From contig CP110439.1 of NCBI GenBank assembly GCA_026914245.1, positions 4,836,001-4,900,000 of the forward strand: DNA of 64,000 nucleotides, written 5' to 3'. This document shows, piece by piece, positions 1 through 13,062 of the stretch. A model generated the notes under the pieces. It was not told the origin of the DNA. It did not search any database and worked only from the letters and a program-made list of their open reading frames with translations. Every line of letters begins with the position of its first letter. Positions within the stretch are counted from its first letter, which is position 1. A program made the translations under genes and the position numbers. The stretch is from Puccinia triticina. Its lineage: Eukaryota.

Positions 1-763
1 ACTCACAAGAATCAGGCAGCGGCTACGAAATTGGGCCGGGGACAATAAGGGTGGCAACAACCACTGTCAGTGGTTGATCCGGCGGTCAAAGGATGCAAAA
101 AAGGGGGCTCACCGAAGATTTATTTTGGGGGGCCGGGTGGGATACTGGGTGGTGGCTAGTCTTGCAGCAGCTGGGCAGTTTCAGAGCGGACGTGAGTGAT
201 TGATCATGGATGCGGAAAAAGGGTGGCGGCTTACCGGTGAAAAAAATTTTTGGGCGGTTGCTGGATTGGTTCCTGGCTGGCGGCTGGGCAGTGGTTGGGT
301 CCGGCGGGGGAGGATTTGGTCGGGGGCCATTTCCGATGGCGGAGGTGGGAGGGGATATGGGATATGGTCGAGGGCGAAGGGGCTGGAAGATGAGAAGAAT
401 TGGAAGAATACAGGGGGCGGGGCTGAAGCGAAAAATTTTGTCTGTTGGATTTTCAGCCTCGCCCACCCGCAAGCTTTTTTGGTATTGCTGTACTCTCTTC
501 AATGAATGGAATTTGAACCCAGAATTCAAAAGAGTTAAGCTCTTCAATGAATGGTACCCAGAATTCAAAAGAGTAATATGTACTTGCTTCAATGACTGGT
601 GCCCACCATTTGAAATAGTTAAACTGCCTTCAAGAACCAGTAACAGCCATCAATATTTCTACACATTAATCTCTGAATGATTGGTACTAACCACTTTGCC
701 AGATATAAGATTTCCCCTGTACCCCAAAAAGTGCAGCGGCGAAGCCGCCTTGGCCTCTAGTTT

Positions 764-1122
764 TTTCATTAAATGATAACTTTGGAAAATCTTTAATACT
801 ATTCCAAAAAAATCATGAATAATCAGAATCAATATAATGAAATGTGACATGAATGATAATAAATGAAAAAAATGAATCCCAAAATCCATCCTAAATTTTT
901 GTGGGCAGGGAAAGTACCTCAAAAATTGCAAATTTGCACTGCAGGTAACAAAAAAACAGTGTCTGAGGTGTTTTCACTGCCAACTAAAATTTAGGATGGA
1001 TTTTGGGATTCATTTTTTTCATTTATTATCATTCAAGTCACATTTCAGTCTATTGATTCTGATTATTCATGATTTTTTTGGAATAGTATTAAAGATTTTC
1101 CAAAATTATCATTTGATGAAAA
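764..1122. repeat. AT-rich foldback inverted repeat (~135-bp arms, ~86-bp spacer), probably MITE-like
   Basis: 764-899 (TTTTCATTAAATGATAAC...CCATCCTAAATTTT) is the near-perfect reverse complement of 986-1122 (AAAATTTAGGATGG...TTATCATTTGATGAAAA). This explains the mirrored ORFs MDFGIHFFHLL on both strands. Confidence 0.75.
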
Positions 1123-3426
1123 AATATTTTCAGCTAGTATGCACTTATTTTTGCCAAGAACATTACTTATATTCATTCTTTTGGAACCTTTCTGTCCATC
1201 CTCCTAATAAATCAGAAATTAGCAGGCATGGTTTGTATGTGTTCTTGTCAAAAGAAATTTCATGAAAACTTTCTTCTGGGCACTGTACATGGCGGTGGCA
1301 CCACAATGCCCCCAACAGGTCAAAGTCTAGGGTCAATTTCAGCTTCCTAGCGCATGTTGGATGTGTTGACCAGGGTGGCCAGAAGATCCAGGCAGTAGCT
1401 AATATGTGCCTCGCGGGTCAAAAACACATTGGAAGCGTGGCAGTGGTGTTGTTGTCAAGGATACATGCAAGCCAAGTCAAGGGCAATGTTTGAGTTGAGC
1501 TTTCTGGTTGATGTTGTATGAAAGGGGGGGTGCTCTTGTGTTTGGATAATCCCCAGGTGTCCTCTGCCGCTGCGGTTTGTCCTCACCCCCTCCGCTTTTG
1601 CACTTGCGCAGTTTGAGGGGCTAAACTTGTTGGCCCCCCTTTTCATGTTGTAATGCGGCGCGCTGGGGGTCATCCTCTCACCATTTTTTAACCCTGATAG
1701 ACAGGGATGGATGGTGGGCCACAGTGCATCAGCTTGCTGATGTTAGGTGGCTGGTTGCAGGTTGTTGTAAAATTGTGTTTTATTGTTGATTTGGGCATTT
1801 GTAAAGGGAAATCCCTTCATGTTTCTCTTCTAGAAGCTGTAGAGGGGAAACCCTTTATTTTTTTTTGTGATTTTTGGAGATTTGTAGGGCAAACCCTCAA
1901 AGTTTTGTTTTTTGATTCAGAGGCTTCAATAAACTTGGATAGACTCAAGCCAGGCCATTTTCAAAAATTTCAAGCAACCCTGGAAGGTCTGGGAGGCGGA
2001 CCTTGTGTTTAGTATAGGAGTACATTTTTTTGCACTCCATTTCCCAGAGCAAAAAATAGAAAAAGAAATTAAAAAGGAGTGTACAATAGTGCCCTCCAAA
2101 ATATTAGTAGTGCAAGGATTGTGCACTCCAAAAATTGAACATTTTTTGGAGTAGCCATATGTTTACTCCAGTGATTTGTGGAGTGAATCATTGTACACAC
2201 CAATATTTTTGGAGTACCCAATTTTGCACTCCATTTTTGGAGTACATTTAGTAAAGCTTGGTAGTACATTTAGCCTTCCCCCAGTGGAAATTCTCTTGAA
2301 TCAAGTTCCTGGACCTTTTTTGCTCTAGTTTGGATTTCTAGGATGTTCCAAGCTGTCCTCATCTTTCTATCTACCATGTTTTAGAATAATGTGCCTCTGG
2401 TTGACCTGGAATCAGAGTTGTAATATCATTGGTTTTGAATTTTTTAAAGTGCCAGATGTGCAATTCAGGATGAAGCAGGACACATTTTAGTCAAAAAAGA
2501 AAATGAATGCAAAATCCACCCAAGGCCCTGAACCATAGCTTTAGTATGTACAAAGATTCTGCATGATCTTGTGCATCTTTTGTTCCCCCAAAGTTTTAAT
2601 TGCCAGTGACAAATGGAACATCCAGAAAGGATTGAGAAATGCAAATTTTCTAATTCTCTGCCACCATGGGGTCCACATAGCGCATAGTTCCCTCCTTTGG
2701 AGGGTCCATGTGGGAATCAGTGGGATAGTGTCCCCCCTCCAATAACTGAGTTAACATAGCTAATTATGCACAAACAGGATTTGAACAAATTTGGAATATC
2801 CAACAGCAGCCTATTGACCTGGGGAGTGGAATTCAGGATCAACAAACTATCCTGATTCCAAACATGAGCCCAGGTATTCACTAGCCTTCTCCAAGACCAT
2901 CAACTGGAGAATTGTGCCTCTGGGGGTGGTATTGGTTCTGAGCCTCATCTGACAGATTTCAGGATAAAATACAAAAAAAAAAAAATATATGCAGTATGAA
3001 AAACAAATTCAATACAAAATGGACCAAGATTTACAGTAAAGACAATGGTTATTTTGCCCAGGAACCAGATTCCCAATAATCACCAGAAAGAAAAATGGAA
3101 AATAGAAAGGTCTTGTATTCATTGGATGACTTCCCATTGTCATTTAGAGAGCTCTAGATGCTCCTCTAAATCCTGTATTACACCTATCAAAAACTCAACC
3201 AGTGCACATGCAATTAATTAACTGTAGGGTTAGGAAAACATTCCACTTTTTGTCAAAAATTAAGAATTTGGCTGTGTAAATTGAGATCTGGGAGGCTCCC
3301 AGACTTGATGGAAAGTCCTCCATTTATTTCCAAAGGAGTTATAATACAACCAAAGTGCACAGGTACATTATAAAAATATAGAAGGACTTCAAATCCTAAT
3401 TTGTAAGCCTCTCAACTCATTGTAAT

Positions 3427-3604
3427 AAGGGGTTTCACAATAAGGAAACCCGGGAAGGTGTTTGAGCGCTCACGAGTATTGTTATGAGGATCCTCGGGGA
3501 AATTTCTTGCGGGACTTCACGCCAAAATTTTAAGCAAGTATGTCACCCGCGAGTAAAGAAATTTAGTGCCGTGAGAAGCAAAAATGCTTATTGTGAAACC
3601 CCCT
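3427..3604. mobile_element. 178-bp MITE, PIF/Harbinger-like
   Basis: TIRs AAGGGGTTTCACAATAAG / CTTATTGTGAAACCCCCT, flanked by AAT on both sides (3-bp TSD). Confidence 0.7.
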
Positions 3605-3939
3605 AATATATCATGATCATCAGAAGTGTGAATTCAAGCCTTATCTATCAATCAGTTGTTATCTTAGATAAACAATCCTTATTTTAACCTTTTGGAAGTG
3701 TTCCCTTTGTTATCATTAGCTATTCTGTAGACATTCACAAGATACTCAATCTCTGGCCTGCCCAATTTTTTATTGTAGTACTCTAGTCATTACACTCTCT
3801 AGCTTCACACCCTTTGGTGGACAAATTTTACTATTGGTTTGGAAAGTTATGTGGTTAGAAGGGCTAGCTATAGGCCAACATTTCATTTATTTTGTGGCCC
3901 AATGAGTATGTGCTATGAGAGGTTATGCCCTTATACAAG

Positions 3940-4324
3940 CAACGGTGGGTAGTTACATTACGTTGTGTCATCTGCGCTATTTGCATAACGTAATTACATG
4001 CGTTATCCACTGCGCCCCGTTATGTTACGAGTAGCGGGCCGTTTGAGTGGCATATGGATAGCGTAACGGGTCTTTTTCCGACGCTGTTACGCTACTTTAT
4101 TGCTTGGATAACGCAATAACAAGCCCTCAAGGGCCGTTTTGGCACTGAAATAAGCCCGTTATCTGGCGCGCCGCGGGCCTGGTTAACGTAACAAATAGAA
4201 AAAAATGGTACAAGCATGAGTGGCGCGATAACGTAGCGCACCACCGTTACAAGTAACTGTAACAATAACAGCTTAAAAACCGTTACATTACCGTTATCGG
4301 TAACGCAAGAACTACCCACCGCTG
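3940..4324. mobile_element. 385-bp MITE with CA..TG ends and 7-bp TSD (P- or hAT-like)
   Basis: TIR CAACGGTGGGTAGTT / AACTACCCACCGCTG; TSD ATACAAG at 3933-3939 and 4325-4331; interior rich in CGTTA/TAACG motifs. Confidence 0.75.
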
Positions 4325-4523
4325 ATACAAGCATGTGGTTAGAGAGGTTTGACTGTATGAGGGACGCGGGCATGCCTTTCTCTGATCATTGGTAGAGTAA
4401 AAAAATTGCATTCACTGGTCACAGGTGATTTATTTTAAACAAGTGCAAAAACTTTTGAGGAGCTGTAGTGCATTGGGTAGACCAGGACGCCTGATACAAA
4501 CATCAACATCACAACAAGAAGAG

Positions 4524-5115
4524 TGTAGGAATACAGACCAAGCCCCGCAGCAACCATTCAGGAAGCTTGCGCGGGTAGCTCAAGGCGCAAGCCCAAGCCC
4601 AGCTGCAATGAAATGTAAACCCTTTCGCAGTCCAGACCCCAGACCCCAGCCCTAACCACAGAAGCTGACGTCAAAGTATTGCTTGTTGATTACAGAAGCG
4701 TTCCAGGCCAGAACCTTATTGGTCAATGCCCAAACAGAGAACCTTGTACGTCCCAAGACCAAGCGGAAAGTAGACTTAAAACCTTAAGACTAACTTTGCC
4801 GTGTTCTTACGCAGAACTCTTGAGGAACAACTTGGACCCAAGAACCAACCAGAACTACTAGGCAGACTATCGGCAGCAACAGCTATCCGTAAGTACAGCA
4901 CAAACCAGACTAAGCACAAAGGAAAGAACCAGAACCTAACACAGACGTGACTCACCCAATCACTAGAAACAGACGCATCGGAAGCGTTTAGACAGGATAA
5001 GACAAAGTTACTACAATAACTCGGCTTATACCCGTGAGTAGAAAACAAGATACGAAAGGAAGAACAAAATATAGAAAAGAAACTGAAGCCGGTGTGGAGT
5101 TCTGGTGTGTACACA
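4524..5115 (-). mobile_element. possible solo LTR
   Basis: TGTAGG...TACACA termini, ~590 bp, LTR-like composition. No matching TSD and no second copy in the window. Confidence 0.3.
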
Positions 5116-7018
5116 GGATCAAGACACCAGGATGAAGGCCTCAAGATCATCAAGACCTTCATTCTCAACGGCGCGGCGCGCACGACACTCTCAAGACTTT
5201 TCAGGCTTCTTCTCTCATTTCTCCCCTCTTTCCTTTCTTTCACTTTCTCTTCTTTCTTTCTTTCCTTTTGTTTGTTTGGTTTTGTTTTTGATTCCTCCAT
5301 TTATTTTTTCTTTTACACACATTTTTTTTTTTCTGTTTCTTCTTTGCGCACGTTGGAGAGGATGAGTTGGAGGAGGGTTGGTTCTTTTGTTTGTTTTCAG
5401 ATGTTGGTTTGTTTGTTTTTCCCTTTGGTTTTGGTGTGGAGGTTGTTTCTTTTTGGTTGTTCTTTTTCTTCATCTTCTCATCTTAGTTGTATGGGCGCGG
5501 CGGGCACGAGGGCTCGTCACGCGGCATGTCGCGGGCCTGAATCCAAGTTCAGCCAAACTTGGAGGAGGGATCCGCATGGTATCCACCTCCGAACCACGAG
5601 GAATATCATCATCTTTTGAGTTCTGAGTTTATTGATCCGGATCATGTAGATCCTGAGTCTCTGAGTTTCCCTTCTTCTGATCAACGGCCGACATTCCGAC
5701 GAACACGCCGCCATTCCTCTGATTTTCCCATTTTCCTGTGCTCTTACACCCAACCAAAACCGCCGAGGGTATTCCAACTCCCTCGTTCCCTCTCACACAA
5801 ATCCCCCCCACCGCTATATTCACCTTTGTTTGACCGTACCCAATATTCTTTGCAGGACCATCGACGAGGGCAGCACTTAGCACCATCCCCTCACCCGACT
5901 GCCTCCGCCTGGCACGGCCAGAGTCCATACCAGCCTTTTGCGAGCGTAACAAAGCCCGCGGCACCGCCAAGCCGTAGGTGCAAGCGGGGCTTACACCTAA
6001 CATGGAGAGCCTCGCGTGAGAGAATCCCAAAAATGACCTGGGGTTTTTTTCCTTTTTCATTATAAATTGTTCAACACACCCCAGCCTTTCAAATTTTTAT
6101 CCCAGCTATACGCTGGCATGTTATCTTGGATCCTACACAGTTACTTCCTCCCCATTCTGTTCTGTGATTTTTCTATATTTTTTTGAAATCAGTCACATTT
6201 CAAAGTCTCCTTGGAGCTTTACGGTTTTTTCAATCACTTAATTAAATTTCAATTTGGCATTTTGTGATCGGAGAATAATGCCATACCCCTCTAAATGAAA
6301 TAGGATGCATGTGAAAGCTTTCTATACATGCAAGAGAGAGTGAAGAAAAAAAAGAGGAGATCAACGGAAATACACGTCAGAGGGAGAGATGAAAAGCATA
6401 AAGAAGAGATTGACGGACAGAAAAAAACAGAGAATGACAAAGCTCAAGAACTCAGACACAACAGATCTCAGGAGATCGACAAAAATATCTCCAAAGCTCA
6501 AGGAATCCGACCCGATAGACCTCACCAACACGACTATACATAGGACACTCAGTCCCATCTTACTCGACTGCCTCAGAATGCCGCCAACTAAGGAGAAGTC
6601 GTCAAAAGCTTGGTTAGCAAATACAGCTAACCCAGGAGAGCTTGCAACTTGGCGCGCAAACTCCGAGACTTTGTGCCGCAGCGGCCAGACTTGTCCGCAG
6701 CTCCAGACATCCGTGCGCGCGGACCGTGCCCGGGGGAACCCGGGGGAGGAGCCTGCAGGAGAGCTGCCTGCCGCCGACCCAAACCCTGCCTGCCGCCACC
6801 ACCAACCCACCACCCACCACCGCCGAATCCATCAACCCCGCCACCGCCACCCCCAGTAAAATCAACCCCAACGGTCCTTTGGAACCATTGTGCCATTGGG
6901 GAACAATCCAACACGCGTGAGTTATTTTGGTTTATCATCATCATGTGTGGGCCTTTTCTCACCACGAACTAATTTCTATGCCGCAATTGATCATTTCCGT
7001 AAAAGTAGCAGGTTCGGG

Positions 7019-8772
7019 ATGGACAATAACTCCCGTTATTGTTCAGTTTCACCGTCCGAATACCGCGAATGGTTCCACCACCCACTGACGCCGCCTGCCG
7101 ACAGACACGTGCCCTCGCTTTTTGATGGCACTGCTCACTTGGTCGCGGATCGCAACCGCCGCCGGGACGCCTTCATACAAAGCCAGCAAAGACCGTCTCA
7201 CATCGACCCATCACTCTCGGGCTTACCTCCAGCTTCACCAGCCACCAGCCAATCGAGCGCAGCCACCAGCCGATCGAGCGACTTGATACTATCTCAATCA
7301 TTGGCTACCAACTCTCAACAACACAGCCAGGCACTTCCCAATCGTGCAGGATCCACTTCGGGCCGCCCTGAGGTTCCCATAAGTATTGAGTTCATCCTAT
7401 TTACGCCCCTTCCCAAACCTCCTGCTGCAAACCCCCGCAAGCGACGAAGCCTAGCTGGTTCCATTGGCCCCCAATACAATAAAGTCGAATCGGAACCTGG
7501 CAAGCTGATGATCAACTGGGACACTCACAACTACGATCTCGAGAGTTTCAAAGCTGCGGCAATCAATGAGATTGAACACAGCGAAGACGAGGGGCTTGGA
7601 TTCTTTGCCCGAGCCCAAGCTCTAAAAGGTAAAATTGTTTGGAATGCGATTATCCCAAATGGACGCGTGTTTTCAGCAGCCCAAACAAAAAGAATCGATT
7701 CCGATGAGATATTCACCCAGTTCCTCCTGGTTGCCGAGGGCACTCCGGAAAGCCGCCAGATTATATGTCGCTTGGTCCAGAAAGATCCGATAGTTGTAGC
7801 TCAGGTAAGTGGCTTTTTCCTGTCCACCTCAACCCAGTCGGAATGTCTCATTGACCTCATTTTGTGTGATATTTTAGAAAGAATCTGCCTACAAACACCT
7901 CAGGACCATGCATGCCGGTCCCAGCTCTGAAGAAACTCCATCCGATGGGCCCTCCGCAGGTGCACAGGAAGCGGCTTCCCTCACGGACTTGGTGCAGCAA
8001 CTTGGCTGTATCCACGAACCCACTGAACACCTGACTAGAAGTCACGAGGTCGGCGTGTTCATCAATCCCGAGAACCCCAACGAGTTTTTCAAGATGACTC
8101 CCAAGCGAATTGCTATGTGGGCCAAAGCAATTGTGAGTGTGTTCTATTCCCTTTATTCCCTTGGGATGTATGGCTGAGGATCTGATCTGACTGCTCATGA
8201 GATTCATAGAAGACCAACCCCGGCCAAGTCACCCTCCGTGTTCCCCCAAAATCGGACAGCTTTCAATTTCAGACCAAGGAGGATGTACCGCCGCCTCAAG
8301 CTCCAGTTCACCCCACACTTCCAGCTCCCGTTTCGGCCGCGTTTCAGTATCCAACAACGTCGGCCGGATTCCAATATCCAACACAGTTTGGATTTTCAAT
8401 GCCTCCGGGAGTGTTCTTGAACCCAATGCAACTGGCCGCCTCGAACTCAATGACCGGCCCGACCGGCCCCAGCACCCCAGAACATCCCCCCCGGGCTTTG
8501 TCACCTCACCAATAACCCCTCCAAGCGGCGAGGACCACAGCCTCGAGGATTTCCTTGAATTTGCACACGTCAATCCAGATTCCCCTGGAGTCATTGAGGG
8601 GATCGGAACCCTTGGGATCACTCACTGGACTATGTTCAAGTCCTTCAGTTCTGACGAGCTTGCCAGCAGAGGTATCCCCGAAGGCCCCGCCCGATCCATT
8701 GTCTCATCTGCAAAGAAATATGCGCATCACTTAATGAAGGTTTCTAGAAACCAGGGTTCTAGAAACCAATAA
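7019..8772 (+). CDS. cargo gene inside the Tc1-type element; unknown protein with a SAM-like helical C-terminus; one apparent frameshift
   Basis: Exons 7019-7804, 7878-8132 and 8210-8772 with GT-AG introns joining in phase 0 (..VAQ|KESAY.., ..WAKAI|KTNPGQVTLRVPP..). A frame change is needed before the TAA at 8513, plausibly in the C7 run 8486-8492. C-terminus LEDFLEFAHV..GITHWTMF..ELASRGIPEGPARSI looks SAM-like by eye. Confidence 0.6.
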
Positions 8773-9264
8773 GTATCTTACTCCCCCGATCCATTCTTAT
8801 GTACTCCTTTTCCTTATTGTTTCAAAGTCATCAATACATTGTAGCTCCAGCATTCTAGCCTCCTTCTGACCATCTCTTTATGTAAATTCTAACCTCCTTC
8901 CGACCATCTCTTTTTGTAAATAAAACTGGTTAACGTTGTTATAATCGATAGTCCATTTGAAGGAGCAATCAATAGTCCATTTGATTGGTCCAAGATGAGT
9001 TTGCGCATCACATGGGTCTCTTGGAATGGGAGGCTCTTGGAACGGGAGGATCTCAGCAGACCCGTTTTCCCAATGAAGTCTCAATCTTGTGGTTAATTAC
9101 ATCCGGAGTCAGATAAATATGCAGAAAAACCAAATGTTAAGTCAAAGAATCGAGCACATTGATTACAAAGTAATGTTACAAAGAATTGAGCAAGTTGTTT
9201 ATCAATACAAAAAAATGGGCAGCCGGTAGTCAAAAAAATGGGCAGCCGGTAGTCCGGGGATCCA

Positions 9265-10371
9265 TTAATCGGTGTAACCAGACCCTTGGAACAGGCCTCG
9301 CATGAGTTCGTCGGTGAAAACAAGCCTTGCAAAGGCCTCGATTGCCTCCCCATCGGTTTCGCCCCCATCAAGTTCGCCATATTGTCTGAGTGATGATTTT
9401 AACACACTAAAACCCTTTTCAATTGGGTTCAGGTCGGGGGAGTAGGCCGGAAGATAGATCAGCAGACAGCTGTGATCCTCGACTATGCGTTCGATGTTCC
9501 CGTTGTGATGGATTTGCGCATTATCCATCACAACGATGCTTTGGGGTCCTGGGTATGGATTCATATTTGGAAGCTTCAAAAAAAAAAAAAGTGGTCAGTT
9601 AGGATGCCGCGCGCAGAATCCATCAAGCTACTCACCAACACATGCTCTAAGTATGTCTCGAAATCGATTCGCTTGACAGTTTCAGACTGTATCATCACTG
9701 CAACCAGCCCGCTCAGGGCCACCGCTGGGATTAAATTGAAGCGGTGGGTAGCCCGCGCTACCGGGAGCCGTGACGTCCTCTCACCCACTTGAGCCCAACC
9801 CCGAGTGCGGATCACTGCATCCAAACATACCCCGCTTTCATCTTTCAGAGAGGGAGGGTGTTAGCTACTATATACAAATAAAAATTCAGAGAGAGAAGAA
9901 ATAAAACTGACCAGTGAAGACGAGGCATTCAGGCTCAAAGTTGGCCATCAAAAGGAGGTACTTGGCTCGTTGAGTCCGGTCTTGATTTGGATTTACCTTA
10001 CGCATAGTTTTTTGACTCATTTGGAGGCGTCCATGAAGCTCGTTCGAGATGGTTTGGACTGAGATTTGGAGGTTGCATTCGGTGGATAGTGCCTGCTGAA
10101 TTTCTTGTAGGTAGATCGTTGGGTTGTCAGTGACTAGCTCCAAGAGAAACAATCGTTCTTCTTCACTGAGAGCCAAAGGGCGCCCCCTTTTTTCGTACGT
10201 TTTGGGATCGACGACAACCGAACGAGTCTTTTCGTATAGAACACACCACCGTCGGAGGGAATCAGAACTAACCTCAGATCCATTTGCCGCGTTGATTTCG
10301 GCGAGTGGTTTTCCATCAAGGGCTGCCCGAACAACGATGAATTTGAAGGAGGCTGAATACTTGACAAACAT
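9265..10371 (-). CDS. DD34E Tc1/IS630-family transposase, apparently intact (324 aa, 3 exons)
   Basis: Exons 10371-9912, 9841-9636 and 9573-9265 total 975 nt in frame. N-terminal HTH-like region (GRPLAL, YLQEIQ). Catalytic FTDESG, VMDNAQIH, YSPDLNPIE, with 34 residues between the second D and E. Confidence 0.9.
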
Positions 10372-13062
10372 GGTGTCTAGAGGAGGGATCAGCTTTGTGA
10401 CATTCAAGGGAAATCAAATAGGAACATACCTGTGAGAGAATCCAAGCTGCAATGTCAGTGGCGACTGCTGGGTTTGATGATGGTGGTGGTGGCTGGATTC
10501 GACAGCGGCGGTGGATGGAATGGACAACGGGGATGGATGAAATTGGTGGCGGTGGCAGGCTGGCGTCGCTCGGCAGTCGATTCGGCGGTGGTGGGTGGTG
10601 GGTTGGTGGTGGCAGCAGGCAGGGTTTGGGTCGGCGGCAGGCAGCTCTCCTGCAGGCTCCTCCCCCGGGTTCCCCCGGGCACGGTCCGCGCGCACGGATG
10701 TCTGGAGCTGCGGACAAGTCTGGCCGCTGCGGCACAAAGTCTCGGAGTTTGCGCGCCAAGTTGCAAGCTCTCCTGGGTTAGCTGTAGGTGGACCCGCATG
10801 GGAGACAACGAGCTGACACAAGCAATAGTCGACGACTGCATACCACGTTACCCTGAGAATGAACCTCCGAAGCCGGTCCAAGTCGACGCGGTGGCTAATC
10901 TGGTCGGCGGAAGTCACACCTTTGTCATGGCCGGGACGGGTTGTGGTAAATCTTGCATCTCGGAGATGTACTACAACCTATTTGCCAAGTCGAGGAAGGC
11001 TGTCATCCTTGTGCTGAATCCGCTCGATGCTTTGGGTGACAATCAGGTTCTAGAGAAAACAGCCGCCGGGTACACTGCTGTTAATCTGAAAAATCAAAAC
11101 TTCACTCAGGAAGTTGCGGCCAATATCCAGAAAGGAAAATATAATTTTGTATACCTTAGCCCGGAGGTATTCTTGAACAACGCCATGTTTTCCGAAATCT
11201 ACCATGACTCGTCCTTCCAAGATCGCCTGGCCTTGATCGTGGTGGATGAAGCGCATATGATCTACAGCTGGGGACTCGTTGCCAACAAACAAGCCAAGAA
11301 GTCATCCGCTCACAAGCGCCATCAAGATCGAGCCGTATTTTGTCCGTCTTACGGGGACCTGGGCCGTCAAATGATGGCTACCGAGAGCACGCCTGTCCTC
11401 TTCCTTTCGGCAACATGCCGTCCTATTGCTGTCACAGAGATTCTTAAAAGTCTCAAAATCCCCGAGGATAATATCAGGTTCTCCAGCTTCGAATACTGTG
11501 ATTCCCAATGGATTTCTCCCTTAAGTCGGCCAAAGATCTCTTAGATATGTTCCCAGGACAAGATGAAGTTGAGAATGAAGCAATGGTACCTACTTTGATC
11601 TACTCTGGTACAAGAAATGCAACACTTCAAGTCATGAAGGTTGCAAATGAGGCTCACAATACCGCTGGCGAAGAATTTAATCCCAATAGTCCCCTGATTC
11701 GCAGGTTTCATGCCAGCACCGGCGACATGAACAAGGAGGATACGATCTCCGGTTATGAGCGGGCTGATTTTTTGTGTATCTCATGTACGATGGCCTTGGG
11801 GCTTGGCCAGAATTGGAAAAGGGTTCGGCGAGTGATCCACATGGGCCGCGGCGATCCATCGTGTATCAGTCAGATGATTGGACGTTGCGGGTGCAACGGT
11901 AAGACAGGATTGGCAATCCTTTTCGTTGAGAAAAAGAGAAAATTTGGTCTGAACACCCCGGAAGCCATCAAGAAGGCCGACAAGCAAGCCAATGACACTC
12001 GAATGGATGCCCTCGCCATCACGCCGGTCTGCATCCGCATAGCCCTTTCAATAGACAACTTGTGAGACATTTTCATAAGCTGAAATTGAATATGTATGGC
12101 AAACTTACTTTATGATTGGCGTGATTTCAGGCATGGATACATACCCATGGACCAAGACGATATAAATTACATCCACAAAGAATCTCGCAAGGTCACTGAA
12201 AATTTTAAGCCATGCAAATGCTCTAATTGTGCTCCCAAGGAGGCGCAGTATTTAAAGGCTCGAATGAAACAGATTAGCAATAACAACTTTGATCCAATCT
12301 TAGAAAATCCAAAAGAAGTACCTGGCCCACTTCCGGTGACAAAACCAACCGAGAAACGCTCGCATGTTGCCAAGCCGAAAGAGCGAGATCTCAGACCAAT
12401 CGAACTGAAATTGTACTATATATTGATTGAGTCATTCAAGCGCTTTTTTGTTGAGACTTACGGGCGCCCGCAATCCTTTTCACTCAAACAAATATTTGGG
12501 CCAACGGAGGCCGATGCCATTGCAAGAAACATGGACAGCGTTAAAACTAGGAGTGATATTGCTAATCATGTGGGTGGAGAACAACTGAGCGGCGAGTTAG
12601 ATATGCTTGAAGAAACCTTGAACAACTTCCGAGATGGGCCAGATTACCAAGCCTATTTGAGGGAACTAGACAAGTACTCAAAACATATTGATAATGAAAT
12701 GGAGCGGCTACAAAACTTAAAAAGAAAGGTCCCAACCAAGGAAACAGCCCGGTCAAAAAATCGAGCTAATTTGCCAGAGCAGTCGACATCCACCCGAAGT
12801 ATCGCCGCACTTCCAAGATCCAATGTACCCGTGCTTGGAGAAGGTGAAGGAACGCCAACGATGGTCCAGGTTCGAAAGCCAAGGGCTACCGCAAGACAAG
12901 TGGAAGAAAACCGGCGGGTGCGTGCGGAGAACAAGTCAAAAAAGGAGGAGCAGGACGCCAAAAGGAAGTCAGAAAAAAAGAAGAAGTGGGAGGAGGACAA
13001 GATTGTCCTAGAGGACTTCAAAAAGACTTACGCTGATAAGAGACCAAGAATTGCGTGCATAA

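Larger units (their letters stand above)
6624..10784. mobile_element. Tc1/mariner-IS630-type transposon, 4161 bp, carrying two genes
   Basis: 206-bp TIRs at 6624-6829 and 10579-10784 (CAGCTAACCCAGG..., one mismatch seen); TA TSD at 6622-6623 and 10785-10786. Confidence 0.92.

Noticed and set aside
86..680. Pro-rich and Gly-rich ORFs at the window start
   Set aside because: Low complexity, no recognisable domain, partly built from a short tandem repeat (~495-600); may be a gene edge but cannot be supported.
1260..3400. Degenerate coding-like and repetitive sequence
   Set aside because: Many stops and no motif I can assign; probably old TE debris.
5559..6065. 168-aa ORF crossing the AcademH left end
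   Set aside because: No ATG start or domain; rejoining across the TSD gives only a short extension (..QPFALRTARR..NR*).
10432..10786. N-terminal part of the 370-aa helicase ORF
   Set aside because: It is the Tc1 right TIR read in frame; the real N-terminus is at 6578-6623.
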